From Yuukianura sp. NJ FZ-2021 (taxonomy: Eukaryota), in contig CM102284.1 in assembly GCA_046563655.1 (NCBI GenBank), positions 5,828,001 to 5,892,000 on the forward strand: DNA of 64,000 bases, written 5' to 3'. The translations under genes were made by a program, and so were the position numbers. Numbering within the stretch: position 1 is the stretch's first letter; each line of letters starts with the position of its first letter. The notes beneath the pieces are model-generated. The model was not told the DNA's origin. It worked only from the letters and a program-made list of their open reading frames with translations, and ran no database searches. Below are positions 39,387 to 53,500 of the stretch, piece by piece.

Positions 39387-42300
39387 TCATTCAGGCATGC
39401 CGTCATTTTCGGCTTCATTTCTAGGAAAAATGAAAGTAAAATCAAAACGTATTCTCAATTTGGTCAATCAATTAAAGTTATTCCATACTAACCTGGCGGA
39501 ATCCAAAAGAATACTGTGCGATGGTTCTTCGTCCACAAACGAAACGGCCTTGGTTTTGGAACTGTTCCCAGCGACAGCAGCATCACCAGTCGTTTCAGTT
39601 CGGGCTCCGGCAGTAGCAGCATTCTCGTTGTTCTTCATAATCGACTTTTTCTTATCAAAAACGTTCAAAAAATTGCTCAATATTTAGCATTCAGGTTTTT
39701 GTATTATTTCAGAGTCGTTTCCTGACCTGTTGTTTGTTAGATTGTCCTTTGCCTCCTCGTGCATTTCCGCTGCCAGACGAAGTGGAATGACCTTTATTTG
39801 GCACTTTGATTCCTGGAGAGATTCGCATTTGTCGAAAAGTCGATTCCAACTACAGTTGATAAACATAGTTCATCAAAGTTTCACTTAATTTCTTTGAATA
39901 TTGGAAATTCATAAAGTCAACTCACCAAAGTGGAACCACGTGCATGAGCATTTCCGAGTGGATTCCGTCTAACGTAATCTCCTGAAGTTTGCAATCCATA
40001 GAATCCTTGCGGATGGTAGCGTGAATTGGACGGTTGACTATAATTAGCACCCCATGATCCTACTACCGTACCTGCCACTTGCAGTTGAGCATCACGTCCT
40101 GATCCTCTTCGATCCACTCTCATGTAATCTTCCATGAAATTGGGTTGTCTGGCGACCCGTGCAACTTCTGGGTTACAACCGAACTGTGACAACCCACGAC
40201 TCATGCCGCTCATAGGGCCAAGGTAACCAGTGTTCCGTAGCACACCAGGATTTGCTGCCAGACCGCCGGCATTTCTGCGAACAGGGCCAGGAACAGTTGA
40301 ACTTCTAGTAATCATTCCATTAGGAATGTATCCCTGAGTGAGTTGAGCCGGCATTCGACCAAATTGGTCATGAATCATTGCATTCAGCAAGGAAGCTGCG
40401 AACAATCAAAATTCATCGATTAGCGAACAATGTCAAAACGTTTCATTTCGTTTTCGCTTACCATTTGCGTTTGATGCGTAAGGATTTGGAGCAAAATGTG
40501 CATTGATCCCATCCAAAATGGCAGTTTTGATTCGTTCCATGTCCAGCACAATGTCCATCTTGAATCCACAGATCTCAGCAATCGTTTTCCCGACTGCTTG
40601 CTCTTCCAAAATGAAATTGAAGATTTTTCCATTGAAAAAGAGCCAAGGAGCAAACAGCATGTAAGGAATAGGTGAACCGCAAGCATCGTTCACCAAGAGA
40701 GCCATTTCAACTCCTTCCATGAACATATGAGAAATATGGATTCCACGCATTGTCAGATTGGAAACCTACCGAAAACAAACACTTTCTTATTTCCATTTTT
40801 AATTGAAACTTAACACGGTTTAGTGTGGACTAATAGATCCATAACTAAGGAAATTAGAATTGAGTACCTCAATATCCTGTGCCACATTGACGTCTGTCAT
40901 TCGTTGAATGAGTGCCTGAGCAATGAGTCCATCCAACTCACTTTCACGAAGAATTTTCCTGTCGTGAAGAAGGTAGCGGAGCACACAACATAGAACCAAA
41001 AAGTGTTGAGGAACAATAGAATCATCCAGCAAAATCTGGTTATCAGATTTCAAAGTAGAAAGGAATGCCCGAACTCTCTTGCGCTTACATTCGTCTCCGT
41101 CTCTGCACATTCAAAAAAAATCGTCTTATACTGAACCTCAAACTGTACGACATTTTAAAACAAAGCATCTCACCCAAGCCAAAGACGTTCCACTGTAGGT
41201 ACACCCCAGCCAACTTCAATTGCACGAATAACATCCGTTTTCGCCTTTTTGATCGCTGGATCGTAGTAGGTTTCCTTCACTTCAATTTTCGGTACTGGCT
41301 CTCCACGCTCTTTGGCTAGGAAATGGAGGTGGTGAAGATTGAAGAGAATTGCATACACCCGTTGTCGCAATGGACGGAATACAAGATGCGTTTGAGGCAG
41401 GTCATTTACATCATTGATGTCTTCGATAACAACTGGTAACTTGATTTCTTTCTGTAAAGCAGAAGTAAAGAAATGAGTAATGTTCCTTCAACATTTTGTC
41501 AACTATTGGAATTATTACGTGTTTCAAAATTTGACAAATGTATGGCGACATGAGACCCGCACGGTGACGATTTGTGGCCACATTATCGATTTGGGGAGCA
41601 ACCCGATACAAAAGCTTCGTAAGTGATGATCCATCTGAGATATAACAATAAGAGAAACAATAAGAGACTGAGAGTATAAAATTTTCATGAATTTGAAAAT
41701 AAAATTACTATAATTGTAAAACGGAAATTAAAATATACCTTTTGATTTGTCTGCAAGCCCGGAAGGCGCATCACCACTTCCATTTCCATTGATTACTGGT
41801 TGAACTTTTGCAGCATTTGTACCAGTGTTGATTGTGTTGGTCTCAGTAGCACCACTACCAACTTTATCTCCATCTCCAAATCCATTGGCACCGCTCGTAA
41901 ATGATACTTCCAAAGTTTGGTCATCAGATGGGAGGGCGGATGCTGTAGCACTAGATTCCGTTTCCAATTGGGAAGGTTTACTACAATTAGTAATTCCTAC
42001 TTCTACTTCGGTCGTTTTCGCTGACTTTTTCACTTGAAGATTCTTGGAGTTGCTGCGAGTATTCGTTGAATTTTTTCCCGCAATGCTCGCATAGTATTTT
42101 AGACTACGGGTCAGATTTAGTCGTAAGTCTTCAAACATATCATAAGTAGCAGATTCCGAGCATGACTTTGCCAGAACGGCATCCACAACATCTCCGTGCT
42201 CCGTTGATTCCAAAGCTCGTACAAATTGAGATACAGCTTCTATCACAGCACCCTGGAAGAAACCCAAGTCGAGACCAGTCAACATAACGACTATCTCAAT

Positions 42301-43484
42301 AAAATAGTAAATCATTTGGTGAGTAAATCATTACCTTTTGTTGTGAGTCCGGAATATCCAACGCACTATAGAAAGCATTGAGATCAGTTTGTAGTACGAT
42401 ATGGTTCCCCAGAAGCGTTGCGAAGATGTGAAGACGATCCTTAGGTAGGTTCAGAGCTGAGTAGAGTTTGGTCAATTTTGTTTCCACCGTTTCAAGAGAT
42501 CCCTGGAATTATACAAGAATTACGAAATCAAGTAAAAATTTGGAGAAGTGTGAAAAATGTGAGATAGATTTTTACTTTGAATGTCAACTTCAGCTTCTGG
42601 GCAGAGAAATAACGATCAGGCTCGAAAATAAGATATTCTGAGTCATCAGCCATGATACCATTCATGTGGTTCTTCTTCACAAAGCGTAAAATGTCCTTGT
42701 GGTGATCTGAGTTGACAAGAAAATGTTACACATACAAACGTAGCAAGAAGCAATATAAAACAAAGCTCACCTTCCAAAGAGCACATCTGAAAAAAAATAG
42801 TAAACAAGAGTTAGACATGTCATACCAAAAACTAAGAGCGTTAAGATAATAATAAAAAATTAGTAATGATTTTTACAATTCTCATATTGAGACATCGGAA
42901 GGCTAGTCGAATGGCCGAACGGAGAAATGCGGGCGGAACCCACCAAACTTTAGGAGGCGGCTTTCGCTTCAAGCTAACGTGCTGATGAATTTCCTGTACA
43001 AACTTATAGACTGCTTCCTGTCGCTTGCACCAATCTTTCAGTCTCTCGGATTCCAAACTTCCGTTGAGGAAAACGACCAAGTCCAATTTCGAGTTTTGTA
43101 CTGCGGAAGAGAAGTTACATAGAAATTGATCCATTTTGTTCCATTGTCCTCCACAGACCCAGTCTGAAACGAAAATGAAAGATTCAATTACCCAACCCAA
43201 CCAATTGACCATAAAGAAGTTTTCAATAGCGAGCTTGCGAGCTTACCCGGGTAATATCCACCATAAAGGCGATCTAGGCAACATTCTCCGTCAATCACCA
43301 ACTGGAGGGATCCACGACGATCAGGCAACTTGAGGAGATCAACTAATTCCGTCGCTTCCGGAACAGTGCTGGCGATATGCGACTACAACGAAGTACAAGT
43401 TAATGATAACATTCGCGATGGGTGTTGGTAATCTAAATCTTATTCAATTCAACTGTTTCTTACCTCCCAACTGGAAAGACTCAT
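39387..43484 (-). CDS. FAM120 family protein (constitutive coactivator of PPAR-gamma-like, PIN-like domain)
   Basis: LVIDGECCLDRLYGGYYP|DWVCGGQWNKM, PPPKVWWVPP, SLE|DHH, FATLLGNH, RPLRQRVYAILF, LCCVLRY, VNDACGSP..PWLFFNGKIF, QLQVAGTVVGSWG; many exons, last exons less certain. Confidence 0.9.
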
Positions 43485-44456
43485 CACGTTCAGTCCTTCT
43501 TGGAAAATGCTGAGTTAGGTACGGTGATATTTTATTTGTCTTCGTTATAAAATCCTGATATCGATTCCAGGACCCTTAGTTCAGTCTCTCAAGATTCCTT
43601 CGCCGTAATTATAGTTACTGGCAGTTTGGCTTAAAGACAATTGCGGAGTGCGGACGAAGAGCTGACTCCGACGATTGAAGGTGAAATTGAAGTAGATTCG
43701 GATTCTGAAATAAACGAAAAGATTATTCAGTGAGTGATGCAATAAAACCTTCCAGATCCAGATTGTCCCTAGCAGTACTGATTTTTCACAACGCCCTTTC
43801 CGTGCAGTTCTACTAATGTGTAGTTTACGATTTACAGTCAAGCGTAACACTAAAATTCAAGAATGATAATAATGCGCTAGTTGGTCTTTAGTAACAACGT
43901 TTACCTTACGTTTTACAGGTTCAATCTTAGAGACGGGAAAGTTAGTATTTCATAGGGGCGTTTGCCGATGTAGTAGTATAGTAGTGTGTTGTGTAAGTAA
44001 GTAATCTCAAAGGAACAACTGAAGATGTTGGGCACGGATCATTGGATAGGGAATCACAACTGATACCATCCTGGACAACTAATCTGTGATTGAACTTAAT
44101 TGACAATTAAGGGATAGGAATCCAATTCAATTGACAGATTACCAGCTGAGGAGATGTCGAACTAAAAACTCTAGAGGTTTTTTACCGACCGAAAGCCAAC
44201 GAGAGAGCAGCGAACACAGGAGAAAAAAGATAAAAAAAGGGGAAAAAAATCTAAAAAATCCGAAAACAAAAAAAAAGCTCTTTTGATTTTCCCGCATTTT
44301 TTGAATTGTCTCAACTACTCCTCCCGTTTGCAAAATTGTAAGACAATAACAACACAAGGTCAAAAATTTCGCAAAAACGTTTTAACGCCATTGCATAATT
44401 TTGTAGTAAATTATCCCACTATTCCAATTTTGTTTTAGTCTAATTGAATCAAAATA

Positions 44457-45053
44457 CAGTGGATTCTCTAAATAAGGGACAGGAGCTCCTCCTCTTTCTC
44501 ACTTTCACTCGAAGTCGCGGTACCGTAAAGTTTTAATTTTGGAGGGAACGTATGTTTCAGTTTATCGGCTTATTTTTTACGATTGTTTTTTTTGGTTAAT
44601 TTTTTTTTGGTGCGAAACAAAAGTAATTAGATAATTAAATGGAATTAACTAATATTAATATATATATTATATATATACAGTGCTCACTGTATATCTGCGC
44701 ACAACCTGCGCAACAGCGCACAACCTGCGCAACAGCGCACTGTATATAATATATTATATTATATAACCTGTTTAATAAGGGTGACATTCACAGCGTAATT
44801 TGCATATAATATACCATATAATATTGATTAGTATATAGATATCACATATAATTAGCATTAATATATGAATATTATGTATATTAATATTAATTATATACTC
44901 TGAACTTCGAAACAGGAAATTTTCATTAGAATGGTGTTCCTAGCCTTAAATTCCATATAACTGACCGTTTACCAGAAATCTTACGGTACTGAGGGAGGCG
45001 CCTACTACCAATCCTCCAATCGTGATTTTTTCCCTTATTTAGAGAATCCACTG
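44457..45053. mobile_element. MITE, Tc1/mariner-pogo type, ~600 bp
   Basis: Perfect 23-bp TIR CAGTGGATTCTCTAAATAAGGGA (44457-44479 and 45031-45053), TA on both sides, AT-rich interior with no ORF. Confidence 0.88.
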
Positions 45054-48000
45054 TATAAAGTAAAAGTTAAAGCAATTTAAGGCTATGAGATGAGTAGGTT
45101 TTGCGTATCATTGCGTAATTCAAGTAAATTGACAAGATAATTGCGTCAACTAAGCTTGAAATACTCAAAATGAAATTGGAAACTCCGTTTGATGCTTTCC
45201 AAATGGAAGTTTATGCTCCAAAAAGACTTTCTTCGTGTCACAAATTCTCCGTGCTCCTTGAACTTTCTCTTTTGCGGTCAAAGTTCATTTATTCTGATTA
45301 AGTGCTAAGTCCCTGGAGGGAATACCTGTGAAAGGTCAACTGTAATTTGATTAGGTTAGATGTGGTTTTCGTAGTGAGAGCAAAAGTGGTAAAGCTTTCA
45401 ATTTCCATAATTTAAGGACCACCGCCACCTTCACCGTGTGCGGTGGTTTTTAAGCCTCAATTTGATTTACAAAAAGACGGAAGCACGGCAGCAAGGAGTT
45501 TAGAGCAGCCCCGAGGAGCGGTGCGCGGTGAAAGTGCCGCATAGAAGCACAGGCGAAAGCAGCAGGTGAAGTGTGGTGTCTTTTTAAGGGGGTGTAGGCG
45601 GCACGAGCAGAGTTTTCAGTAACAAAAGAAGAGGAAAACTAGGTGAAAGTTCGGCTTTCGAGTGAGAAAGTTATGTAACAAAAATGTACGGATTTTAGGA
45701 ACTTTGGTTTTAAAAAAAATTTGGAACAGCGTTGATGGAATTCCGCTTCACAGGTGAAAGAGATGAAAAAACAGCCGTGAAAGTTTCAAAATGTAACGAT
45801 GCTTTTTTTTTTGTAAACTTTTCGAGGGAAAAACTAATGTCGGGATTTTGTAGTTTTTAGTTGGAGAAAGTTTGTCTTTTGGAAAATTTTTACCGGAAGG
45901 AACGTACGTTATTGTTTTTCGGTATTTTCTAATCCGTCCGGGTTAGTTCTACGACTAGCAGCTTATCGTCGTATCCACACACAGCAAGATCCGTTCCTTG
46001 ACGGCCTAACTTTTTAGAAAACTAGAGCGAGTCTAAAGGGAGTTCTAGTTTGGTGCATGGGACCTTGGGCAGATCGATACGGAAGTTTCCTAGGTAACTA
46101 TGAATGACGTTGAGCAAGACTTCGCTTTCCCCTGGCCTAACTTTCTCCCTACACTTCCAGTTGCCTCTAACCATCACACCATCAACGAATAGTCTAACAT
46201 TATTCCACTAGTAGCACAACTTCAAATTAGAAAAAAAATAGAAAAATTAAAAAAAAAACTAAATACTAAATACTAAACGAAGAAAATAAGGTGACTTGAA
46301 TCTACAAACAGCTAAAGCCAATCCCTAAAGTCAGCTCAATTTAAATCAAGTTGATCCCTACGAAGTCACATGATTTAACTCAAATTCCAAACATTTCAAA
46401 AAATTTACGAAAAAAAAGTTCCATCATCAACGAAATCTGACTTTCACTTTCTTTCACTTTCGTCAAGTGACAAACACGATTTGTTCTTACTAATTCGCTA
46501 ATTCACGAAACATCGACCAACAGTTTTACATCCTTCACAGGAAATCGTTGCGGTAAGAAATATAACCAAAATTCCCTGTTTGGGGATAAATTTAACATAA
46601 AAATTGCAGTTTTGTTGCAAAACGAAGGTCAGTTTTGCACATTCGGTTGTCGTCTACCGTTATGCACGTTTTTTTCTTGGTTTGGGAATAGTACTACCAA
46701 CTACGTACGTGAAACATTTCATATGTACATTGTAATTACAGTATAATGGGATGTGCAGTGGTGCTGTTTAGTTAGTGGTGAAAAACAGTCGAAGAAAGTG
46801 TTTTCTCCTAAATTTTTTTCTGTTTTATAAAGTTTGATAAACAAATGAAGTTAATAATCGATAGAAGATTCAAAAATAGGAGCAGCAGTGGCCAGAAAGC
46901 AGTAAATGTCGAGTTCAAAACTTTGGTGAAAGCAAAAAAAATGTAAGCTGGGCTGGGGTTAGGTTATGTGATTAGGAATAGTTTAGGTTATGTTAGCTGA
47001 AGTTATATAAAGTTAGGCAAGGATCTTTTTAAGGGTTAGGGTTCATGTTTCCCACAATACATAAAAGAATGATGGCGTGAGTATCAATTTCATTTTCGTT
47101 TCTTTTCGTAATTTTCTCCGTTTTATCTTTTCAACTTAAGCCCTCGAGGGATCCGCAACTTCAAACTAAAAATTCAATTTCCTTGTTCTCATCTTCGTAT
47201 TTCTTCATGACAGTGACAAGCAGTAAGTATGGTGGTGGAGAGACGAAGTTTTAAGATCAAGGATTGAATTCATGATCTCAAACAAAATACATTTGAGTAG
47301 GATCAATATTCGTAGACAAAAATACAACTGAAAAAGGCAGAAAAGGGAACCACGAAAATTGGATTGAAAATCCAAGTGCCAATTTCCCCATTTCATTTCA
47401 CTTTTTTAGAATTTGCGTGTTGCAAAGACGGAGTAGAAACAAAACCAATTTTATAAGGCTTTGCAGTCTCATTTGAACACGACAAATACTTTTTTTAGAA
47501 CCGAAACACGCCAATTTTTATGTTTGCAAAAGTTAGGTTTTCTTTGCGCTAAAAGTCTAACCTCCGTGTCACATCAACTTTTTTCTCTTAGTTTCCGCTT
47601 TCACTGACCTTCAAAATTTGCACTCACCCGCATAAAATTTTTGTTCGCGCGCTTTTCTGCAATTCCGGAACCAATGAAGCCTTAACTGATGCAGGTACAG
47701 TCTAGCGTCAGTCAGGAAGAGAAAGCAAGGTCAAGGAAACTACTACAGGTAGGAAGTACAGGAAATGCGGGCTAGACTTCCTGTACCGCATTTTTCAAAA
47801 ACGTGATGAAAAACGTTGCAAAGTTTTTTTTTGTATGGAAAATTTTGCAATATGTTCGTTAATTTCGGTTTCGGTTGACTAATAAGCTGGAGGAATTGGT
47901 TTGAATTTGAAACTTTCTATCTTTTGGGAAGAATTTGTTCTAGTTTTTCTTACCTCTTGAGATTTTGTGGAAGCTCTTGCGTGTAAACTGACTCTTGTTG

Positions 48001-48412
48001 TGTCCAAGTCCAAGGAGAAAGTTAGAGAAAGTGAGGCCTCCCCCTGGAGCGGTGATTGATTAAAGTTCTGGGTCACTCCTTCGCCCACTCCCGTGTCACG
48101 GTAGGATCACTCCATCATCTTGTTAGTTTTAACAACCAGAAAGTGTATCAAGTACAAGGTGAGGTCAAAGATCACGCTCTCCATCAGGCCATGAAAGTAA
48201 CTGAAACGAAAATCAGCAAAAGTTAAAACATTTTCAGCTAACCTAACCATATCTAATACTATCCTGCATAAATGCATTCACAATTTACTAAATCACTACA
48301 TTGTAAATCTGAATGAAAACATAACCTAATCATGTCCATCCAAACTAACTTACTCTAACAGTTCTGTTGTAGTAACACTTTTTTATTTAATTTCAAACTG
48401 ACTAACATAAAC

Positions 48413-48474
48413 AGCCTATTTGCGAATCTACGCAAGTCAACTTAGCCTATTTGCGAATCTACGCAAGTCAACTT
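48413..48474. repeat. Perfect 31-bp tandem duplication
   Basis: AGCCTATTTGCGAATCTACGCAAGTCAACTT twice. Confidence 0.9.
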
Positions 48475-49679
48475 TCCCGAACGTTTTGGTTTCGGATAAA
48501 ATTGACCTTATTTTACAATTTAGAAAAATAGAAAGTTAGTTTCTGCTAGGTTAGGTTTTTTGGCAAGTTCAAAAAAACTTGGCTCAGGGAGGCTCTCAGG
48601 CTGTATCTTTCAATTGGGAAACCACGCGGAAATGTGAAACCATGCAGAGAAAGTAGCCTAGGGCACAGGGGATTAGCAGGATCAAAGAAAGTTAACAATT
48701 CCCTCACTTGGTCACTGGGGATAAAGTTAGGTTTTGCTGATAGATGCTTCTTTGGTTGTCCATTACTTTAGAAGCCCAGGGCATATACAATATAAGGTCA
48801 GACAAGCACACAAACTGAACAAAACCCGCCAATTCCTGGCTTTCTCCGAAAAAAATAGTTCAAATAAAAATCTTAAAAGGTTCAAAAGAAATTGGTTCTT
48901 CAAAATGTACAAACACGCTTTCCTGGAATCTAGAAAATTCCTTTCTTGTTTTGTTTAGTTTCACTTTCCTCTTAACTCGCTACTTGACAATTTTAAGCAC
49001 ATCCGAAGTACTACTTCACTTTCCTTTTTCCAGGATACACGCTCCAGGAATCGATCTTAGATTCTAGGCCACATGCATTTGTACACAGAAAGTGTCCTTC
49101 GTTCATCTTCCTCTGTTTTTCTAACCTAAATTTTTAACTTCAACCGAACTTGTTGCCAGCACTCTAACTTTGTTCTAAAAAGTATCATTTTCAAGACAGT
49201 TCAAAATTAAATTAGAGAAAAGTTTGTCAAAAATTTAACGGATTGTCACACAAGCTGGTGCGCCTCAGCTGAATGACAGGCGGAGGGAGTAACTATACAA
49301 AAACGTTCCAGTAATTTTCCAAAACCGTCCTTCCCGGATCTGTCATAAGGAAAGTAATGAAGCCACACTTTCACTTTCCAATTGAAACTAAAATTAGCAG
49401 AAGCAAGAGAAGCTACAAAAGTAAATTTGAACAAAGTGAAAAATAATTAGCCCAACCTAACTTAAAACGCAAGTTAGGCTAGCTTCCGCTCTGTTCTGCC
49501 TTTAGGGTACTCATATTCCAGTTTCACACTTTAACTGAAAAAACTAACATAAAAGTTACTAATTTTCTTTGAATTGTTTCCAGACAGTTGAACGCATCTT
49601 GTGGCTTTCTTTTCTTTTCATTATTTCATTCATCAAAAACTTTTTCAGTTTTATGAAAGAACTCTGACGGCCGATTGAC

Positions 49680-49944
49680 GTCATTCGGATTTTGGCTAAG
49701 AGAGAGCATCATCTCTAAAAAAAAATTCTGGAGAAAAGTGTCAAAAACGTACTTTGTCTTAGGTTCAGATTTAGAGCGAGGGAGCGGGTGATGCCAAAAC
49801 TGTAAAATATGGGGGTCATTCGGATTTTGGCTAAGAGAGAGCATCATCTCTAAAAAAAATTCTGGAGAAAAGTGTCAAAAACGTACTTTGTCTTAGGTTC
49901 AGATTTAGAACGAGGGAGCGGGTGATGCCAAAACTATAAAATAT
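49680..49944. repeat. ~135-bp tandem duplication
   Basis: Near-identical units starting GTCATTCGGATTTTGGCTAAG at 49680 and 49815. Confidence 0.9.
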
Positions 49945-50591
49945 GAGACACTATAGGTCAGATTAGTTCTGGAGCAAAAGAAAACCGAGTTTGAATTGAC
50001 TTCACAAAGACACCGACTCTACCAAAAGTTCTTACTAAAACCCGGGTTTTTACCCGCAATTTTTGAGACTCATATAGCTTCGATGTCCTTTTTGAATGAC
50101 GGAAATCGTGCGGAAATGCCCGAGAAAGGTTTGATTTTTTTGTTAGGTTAGACTATGCTCTCCCTCGCTCCCGGTTGCTTCCTCACTGTGCGGGTTTTGA
50201 TCCTGGAGCAAATCCAACTTTGACTTCATTCCAGAACTTACTAGTGGTGAGGAAGCAACGAGGACTCCTTGTTTTGGAGAGTTTGAAATTTCGGTTTTTC
50301 TGAAACAAAACCTTGGTGATTTGGGTCTGGTGTTGGAAGATTAGAACCACAAAGGCCACTTTAGCACACAACGTCAACATTAACTTTAGACTTATTACAT
50401 CGAAATTTAAACACGAACTTTCACTTTTGTTTGTTAATTTTACAGAAGAGAAGATGCACAGAAGTAAGTCGGATTGTGGCGAAGAAATGGACATGCTAGT
50501 GGTAGCAAAAAGTGAAAAGTGTTGAGAAACTGGAATTTCCTGAAATTTTGAAAAAGTAGTTTCGATTGTATTGAAAAAGTGATTTTAAAAA

Positions 50592-53500
50592 ATGCCGGAA
50601 CAAAGTAATGACTACAGAGTGGTGGTTTTCGGGGCCGGGGGAGTTGGCAAATCCAGTTTGGTGCTAAGATTTGTCAAGGGCACGTTTCGTGATTCATACA
50701 TTCCAACAATTGAAGATACGTATCGACAGGTACAGTGCTTTCAACAATTTCAAATATCAGTTTTCAAAAATTTTTAAATTTTTTGAAACAAAAAATTTCA
50801 AAATTTTGTAGCTAATTTCTGCACCGGCCAAACGCCGTTCAGAAAATTTTTCAGTTTTATCATGTTACGAAAATGAAAAAATCCAATAGATAGCTCTTGG
50901 CTATTTATGGGAAAAAAAATTACACAAAAAGGAAAATGCTATGTTATTTTTTGTAATTATTCTATTATAGAAAAATATATTTTATATTTTTCCAGGTGAT
51001 TAGTAGTAATAAGAACATTTGTACACTTCAAATCACAGACACAACAGGATCACATCAGTTCCCGGCCATGCAGCGCCTCTCTATAACCAAAGGACATGCC
51101 TTCGTAAGCCTCGCTTTCCAAATTCATTTGCTAACTTTCTTTTTACCACTTTTTCAATTCCAAAATGAACTTAAAAAAAATTCATATCTTAAATTTTGAA
51201 AAAATATCCAATGCTTTTTGGTCAGATCCTTGTCTACTCCGTCACTTCTCGCCAAAGTCTTGAAGAACTCAAACCCATCTGGGAAATGATCCGATCAATC
51301 AAAGGGGATCAAGAAGATCACTCGGTATATAGACACAGTGTTTTCAAAAACCAGAGAAAAATCTATAAAAAGAAAGTTTCAAAAACTTTTTCATAACAAT
51401 CTTTTCAAAATTTTCCAGTTAAAAGACATCCCTATTATCCTAGTGGGCAACAAGTGTGATGAACAAGAAAATCGGGAACTCACACAGGTAAGGATAAGAA
51501 ATTTCTTTAGCCAATAAACTTTACGCAATTTTTTATTGAAAAGTTAGACTTTACTAGGTTTACGTTAAGTTATTTGAAAGTTCGATCCAAAAAAAAGTGA
51601 AAGTCTTTTCTCAAAATTTTGTGAGGTAAAAGCAGAGAACCTGGTTTGAAATGAGATCAATTGTTGAAAAGCCTCAACTTTCCTTCCCTCTAGAATCTCT
51701 TGACCTGGACGTTGTCTCTCCTATTCTTTAATTCATGAACTTCTTTTCACTTTCACAGCACAACTACCCCCTTCCTACGTCTTTTCCCATTCCCTGGTTG
51801 TTCAACTTCTGAAACGCAGGAATTGAATGCTAGAAATTGGGAGAAGAGACTCTGTCAGAAACTACTTTTCGTTCTGAATTATTTAGTAACTTGAAAACCC
51901 CGAATAATCGAACAGATCGTTGGAGGGTTTAGGAAATAGAAAGCAACGTAGAAAAGAATCGGTCCTCCTCGGATTTGAAAACGTAACGCAAAGGCTCGCG
52001 TCAAATTTATCCAAACTAACCATTCAGCAGTTGACTTTCACTTTTCCGCTACCACAAACCAAGCTGACATCTTTCTAAATGTTCAGTACATTTTTTCAAA
52101 AAAAAATCAAACAAATCAATCAAGGGAAATTACGAAATTGAATAAAATTCGGCTTTTCATAAATATACTCTTGAAACTACACATAACCTAGGAGAAACCA
52201 ATGCTTAAGTTCAATGTTTCATCCATTCTTTTGCTTCTGGCATCAAAATTTGACGGATTTTGAAAATTCAATAAAAATAAAACAATAAAAATATTGCTTA
52301 TTTCTCTGAAAGTGAAAGTAAAGGTAATTAAAAATTTTGCAACTTTCGACAAGTAGTGATTTACAAATGTCAAATTTTGAGCTTTTCAATCCGATAAACT
52401 TATCACAGTAGAAAGTCCTGTAAACTTTCACCTCGAAAGAGAAAGCTCCGCGGGATACCGCATTAGTTTCACTTTTTAGCATTTTGTAAAGTCAGGTCAA
52501 GTTTCTCCATCCAACTAGAAGGAATTTGCCCTTATAAAATTCCATTCATGAAAAGGTCAAAGGTCACCGCTTCGCTTCCTCTTTTCAAAGTAAAAGTTTG
52601 AACTGAAGCGCAAAGCCTTTAAATTCTAAAAATAAAACAGAGAGAGAAGGGATTTTTCGAAAATAACAATACTTGAGCTTTGCCACTTTAGAAATTGGTG
52701 GGTAAGCTCTGGTGAAAGTATGGGTGGAAAAAATCAGAAATTATCTTTGTATTAACATTGGAAAATTATTTTTGAACCCATTAGTTGAGGTTTTTCAGAT
52801 TTTTAAAAGTCTGCTGAACAACTATGTAAAAGCAACAAAGGATTTGTGGATTTAGAGATGAACGAAACAGTAATTTATCTGTGTATTTTCCGGTTTTCAT
52901 TTGCGTCATAACGGTTTTTTGGAGATTCGGTTTCACCAATTGTGTTTAGAAACAGAATGGACGAGTAAAAGCAGGAAACAGGATACACTAGTTGTAAGTA
53001 TTTATATACAATATAAATATATAAATACACTATATAAACCCTAGCCTTCATAGCCTCAGCGTAATGACGCTGCTATTCTACAGTGCTGAATTTGATTTTG
53101 AATCGAAACGGATTCGGATCACTTCCCGAAACTATTTGTGGAGCAAAGAGGATATGCATTCTTTTCAATTCAAAGAGAAAGTTTTCCAAAAAGAAAAGTT
53201 CAAAAATTCAAACCGATTTCAATTTGAAACGGAGATGAAAAAGTTTTGCTAATTTTGAAAGTGAAAGAGTTTTTTGTTTCTGAGGAGAAAGTGAGAGCAG
53301 CTTAAGACTCTGTTTAATGAAAGAAAGTTTCTTAGAAAAACAATTTGCGTGGTTTTTAAAAAGGTTCCCCTTAAGCTTCCGAGTGAAATAACGTGTGACT
53401 GTTTGTTGAAGTTGTGGCGGCGCCTAATAAGGAAGTTTGAAAAGTGAAAGTTAAAGGTCAAGGTCCATTGTCTCGGAGTAAAGTGAGACCCTGGCCAAGA

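Noticed and set aside
46955-47045. TTAGG-like words as interstitial telomere
   Set aside because: Scattered single copies, not a tandem array.
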